This document shows, one piece after another, positions 59,901-64,000 of a stretch of 64,000 nt of DNA. The position numbers and the translations under genes were made by a program. Source of the stretch: Tubiluchus corallicola (lineage: Eukaryota; Animalia; Priapulida). Positions within the stretch are counted from its first letter, which is position 1, and every line of letters begins with the position of its first letter. The notes beneath the pieces were generated by a model. It ran no database searches and had not been told where the DNA came from. It saw only the letters and a program-made list of their open reading frames with translations. The stretch is taken from the NCBI GenBank assembly GCA_030141605.1, contig JAQGDQ010000434.1, forward strand, positions 134,110 through 198,109, in the 5' to 3' direction.

Positions 59901-62743
59901 TTTTTTAAAACGTAATTGTGCCATATCGTATCTCCCATAATCACGCAACAGAATCTGCCCACCAGGTTTTAGATGACGTGCTAATTTATTAATTACACCT
60001 TGCATTCTGAAAAACAAAGACTAGTGACCGACAATCATAACTAATGAAACATGCCAGTTCCAACCAATGGATAACACTAATGTTCTACTATCCTATATAC
60101 AGAACTGAGAATAAAAAATCTTTAAAATGCCTTAAAATTATTTGTGAAATAATCTGATCAGCATTTAATTTCAAAACAATCAAAACAATATAAAATTAAA
60201 GATCTAAACCATTAATCGTTAAACCATTAATGCCTAAATTTAAGATCTAAATTGGATAAGATCATTTGGATTAATCGAAATGAATAACAAAATGCTTCAC
60301 AGATAGTAAACAGTTGGACAGACGTTTAATTCACAGAAATGTATATAATCCATAAACTACTGAATTCTGCGCTGTTTGCAAAAGCTGGTTTATGGAGTTA
60401 CTGATCAACTTTTATCAAATAAATTATTTATTAATACGACCAATTTTAACTTAATTTAATGTTTACAGGTAAAACCAATCGAACTTGCATTGACTCAAAT
60501 TGTAGGCAAATTTCTTCTTACTTTCTAGGATCAATTGCAGATAAGACAAAAATCAATATGACTATATCAAGATGTTCCTCGGGAAATGAAAATTGTTGAT
60601 CTTCATCACAGACATCATGAACCAATGCACAACATCTAGACGGGTCATAATCAGCATGACTCTGTAACAAAATGAGCAGTAAAAAGTGTAGTAGTGAGTC
60701 TAAAACTACCACTATGAACGTTAAAGTGTAACAGTAAGGCCCATGTCACCCAGAAAAAGCTGTAAGGAGCAAGCCATAATCCGCAATCTGTAAGCCACAA
60801 GGCGTCTTCCATCCTCCGTAAGGCGCATGTCGTAATGCGCAGTATGCGCCTTGCTCTGTGTAACTAACAAGGCATTTTGCCACAATCCGTTTTTTTGGCC
60901 AGAAACATGAAACTATTATATTTTAATATAATAAATACTACAAAAGCTTAGTAGTTAATATAATTTTACTCGTTACGGAATAATACGTTGTAGGTTGCAT
61001 GTATTGTGTAATATGATTGACTGGTATGCAGTCTTTTGCATGTAGTATAAAATTTCCTATCAGCATTGTTGAAATATGTCAATCATAAGTAAGTGCTGTG
61101 GGTTAAAACATGCTTTTTAAGTCTTATGAAAGTCTTATGATATAAATGAATTTTGTATAGAAAAAAGCTTTATTACACTAATTTTCATATTAGCGATAAT
61201 CAAACATGCCTTGTGGCAAATGAAATTAATGGCCAAAATTACAAGATGGTGTGGTGGGTGTGGTGCAGTGTGGTGATGTGGTATGGTATTGATGGTGTGG
61301 TGTTGTTGATGTCGTGTGGATAATGTGGTGGGGTGGTAGGGTGTGGGTGACGTGGCGTAGAGTGGCATGTTGTGGATGGTGTTGGTGTAGTGCGGTATGT
61401 CATGCGTGGTGTGCTATGGTGTGGGTGGTGTGGTATGTTGTGGGTTGTTATTGTGAGTTTATGCACAAAATTCCTTTTGCAGGGTTATTTATAGCCTATG
61501 GCTAGTTATTTTTTACAGTGTTCCCTCGCTACTTCGCGGTTTGTTTATCGCGTACTCGCTGTTTCGCGGGTTTTCAAAGAATATTATAAATCATAAAAAG
61601 TTACCATTTACAGTAAATACTGTATTTATTCGGCGGATGAATACACACCAAAAACGAAAGGTAGTACTTGCACCCGCTTGAGATGCTACTTACCGATGTG
61701 AGATTGTACACAACACACGATTGGTTGATTGATGGAAAGTGACTAACCAGAGAATGCTGCTCTGTATCCCAGTCGCTGATTGGCTCAGGTACAGTGCAAT
61801 TTGTTTTCTTGTACGCTATTTGAGAAATTTTCATTAGAGACTGAATTTATTCAAGCCCTACGATGCCACCCAAACATGTAAGTATTAAATAAGTATAGCG
61901 TCCTACTTCGCGAAATTCACTTATCGCGGGTGGGCCTGGAACGGAACACCCGCGATAAGTGAGGGAACACTGTATTATACTATTATTATAGTACTATTAC
62001 TATTATTGTTATACATAGTATTATCGCCAGGTGAATTATATTGTATAACAGCAATCTTACCTTTACAAGCTCTATAGCAGTTTGTGAGAAATCACAACAA
62101 TAAACAAACAACCCAGGATCACTGAAATAAACAATAAACAATCACAAAAATAAACAAACAATCCAGGATCAGTGAAATAAGAAAAACATTGTAAAAAACG
62201 GTCAAAGAAACGATGGTCGTCTATAATCTCCACTGTAAATAACTATAGCTTTAATGTTAAGTAAAATCTGTTTAATTAAATTATAAGAATCTAAAGTTTC
62301 ATAATCAATCAATGTCATAAGTGAACAGTTTTTAATAAGTATGAAGATAGAAAATGTTATATTTTATAAAATACATGACAACTTAATAACTTACTTATTT
62401 GTTTGAAGCACAGGGAATACTGTATTTCCTACACCACATCCGACTTCAAGAATCCTGGTGGTAGTATTGTTGCATTCACTTTCAAGTGAAAAACACGTCA
62501 CGGTACTTGAATTCAAGCTGACATTCTCAGCAGGTAAAACACGTTCATCGCTACTGCCATCTGACTTTAACGTATCGTCAGAAACTGTAGCTTTACATTG
62601 TGCCTCGTTGCTCGCCGAGCCGGAAACTTCCGGGCACAGTTCCGGAAACTCCGTGAAAAGCCAGTGTCGGTCCTTGAAGAATCTGTTTTGATGTTGTCCA
62701 TAAAACTGGTCCCAGTAACCACATGCATTTTCTTCATAATCAC
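56997..62743 (-). CDS. METTL2: tRNA N3-methylcytidine methyltransferase METTL2, 5'-partial, 6 exons in window
   Basis: Minus-strand exons 62743-62395, 62121-62061, 60661-60522, 60006-59900, 59085-59020, 57136-56997 (TAA), phases consistent. [108 protein letters not shown] are METTL2-type rather than METTL6-type. Confidence 0.95.
57547..58981. repeat. Intronic minisatellite, 31-bp unit CACATATTACACTTATACACATTTACTCATG, ~46 copies
   Basis: Direct tandem repetition; rare variants recur at 575-589 bp spacing. Confidence 0.97.
61246..61450. repeat. GT-rich low-complexity (GTG/GGTGT) tract
   Basis: Degenerate GTGGT repeats in a METTL2 intron. Confidence 0.8.
61516..61972. mobile_element. Tigger/pogo-like MITE, 457 bp, in METTL2 intron
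   Basis: TA|CAGTGTTCCCTCGCT ... AGTGAGGGAACACTG|TA termini. Subterminal TCGCG repeats and retained CpGs suggest a young insertion. Confidence 0.88.
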
Positions 62744-63215
62744 CTAAACAACAGTTTATAATTAATATAAATTATAATAACATATGACTATTTGCATACA
62801 AAATTTTAAATATAAAATTGACCCATTCATACATAAACAACTTAATTATGTAAAACAACTCAACAAATGTATAAAATGTATAGCTCTATAATAAATATAT
62901 CCATAAATACAGACACACTTCTGTACTGTGTTGTTCTGTTGTAACTTTCTCAAAAGAATATTAGTTAAAATTTGTCAGATTAGACACCGTTTGAGGCAAT
63001 TAGCCAATTTCAAAAATGTTTTCACAAAACGTATGGATGATATTACAAATAAACACACCTTACACAAAAACAAACAAAAAATACTAGCAAAAAGTGAAAG
63101 TGTGAACTAAACTGTTATCAACAGGAAGTTTACACGACTGCTTATTTACAAATAAAATGATTAATTTTGAGGTTTAGCTAACTTTTGTAATCAAGTGTAA
63201 TGTAGTATGAGTGTT

Positions 63216-63996
63216 AAACAGCACTTTAAAACAACTGTCAAACAGCACTTTAAAACAACTGTCGAACAGCACTTTAAAACAGCTGTCAAATAGCACTTTA
63301 AAACAACTGTCAAACAACACTTTAAAACAACTGTCGAACAGCACTTTAAAACAACTGTCAAACAACACTTTAAAACAACTGTCGAACAGCACTTTAAAAC
63401 AACTGTCAAAGAACTTTAAAACAATTGTCGAACAGCACTTTAAAACGACTGTCAAATAACACTTTAAAACAACTGTCAAACAACACTTTAAAACAACTGT
63501 CGAACAGCACTTTAAAACAACTGTCAAACAGCACTTTAAAACAACTGTCAAACAGCACTTTAAAACAACTGTCGAAGAGCACTTTAAAACAGCTGTCAAA
63601 TAGCACTTTAAAACAACTGTCAAACAACACTTTAAAACAACTGTCAAACAACACTTTAAAACAACTGTCGAACAGCAATTTAAAACAACTGTCGAACAGC
63701 AATTTAAAACAGCTGTCAAACAGCACTTTAAAACGACTGTCAAATAACACTTTAAAACAACTGTCAAACAACACTTTAAAACAACTGTCGAACAGCACTT
63801 TAACACAACTGTCAAACAACACTTTAAAACAACTGTCGAAGAGCACTTTAAAACAGCTGTCAAATAGCACTTTAAAACAACTGTCAAACAACACTTTAAA
63901 ACAACTGTCAAACAACACTTTAAAACAACTGTCGAACAGCAATTTAAAACAACTGTCGAACAGCAATTTAAAACAGCTGTCAAACAGCACTTTAAA
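63216..63996. repeat. Minisatellite, 24-bp unit AAACAGCACTTTAAAACAACTGTC, ~32 copies
   Basis: Direct tandem repetition; variant units recur at 264-288 bp spacing. Confidence 0.97.
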
Positions 63997-64000
63997 GTCC

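Noticed and set aside
61135-61505. His/Pro/Thr-rich and Trp/Val-rich short ORFs
   Set aside because: Translations of a GTG low-complexity tract in an intron.
63174-63990. Cys-rich repetitive ORFs, or a CRISPR-like array
   Set aside because: Pure head-to-tail 24-bp repeat with no unique spacers and no cas genes, in a eukaryotic context; the ORFs are translations of the satellite.

Overview
AT-rich, intron-containing animal (invertebrate-type) genomic DNA; nothing prokaryotic. Genes reconstructed by hand from GT-AG splice sites and reading-frame continuity: the 3' 14 exons of an Enhancer of zeste/EZH2 H3K27 methyltransferase (66-9599,+), single-coding-exon VPS52 (14679-16793,+), a 7-exon CD63-type tetraspanin (20370-33636,+), an apparently intronless LRRIQ3-like gene (37735-39483,+), 3-exon CMC2 (43607-45493,+), a frameshifted and truncated spalt/SALL fragment (51647-52862,-) and the last 6 exons of METTL2 (56997-62743,-). 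Non-coding space holds hAT and pogo/Tigger-like MITEs, RTE, L2/CR1 and Tc1/mariner relics, tRNA-derived SINEs, microsatellites, and two intronic satellites (31 bp and 24 bp units) with higher-order structure. Most interesting: a Penelope-like relic with a minimal hammerhead-ribozyme motif and a long fold-back in an E(z) intron; a cluster of ~250-290 bp units pairing a hammerhead-like remnant with a tRNA-Thr-like cloverleaf; the damaged spalt copy just downstream of METTL2; and intronless housekeeping genes among intron-rich neighbours. No intact novel multi-gene system is demonstrable. Family assignments rest on remembered motifs, not on database searches.
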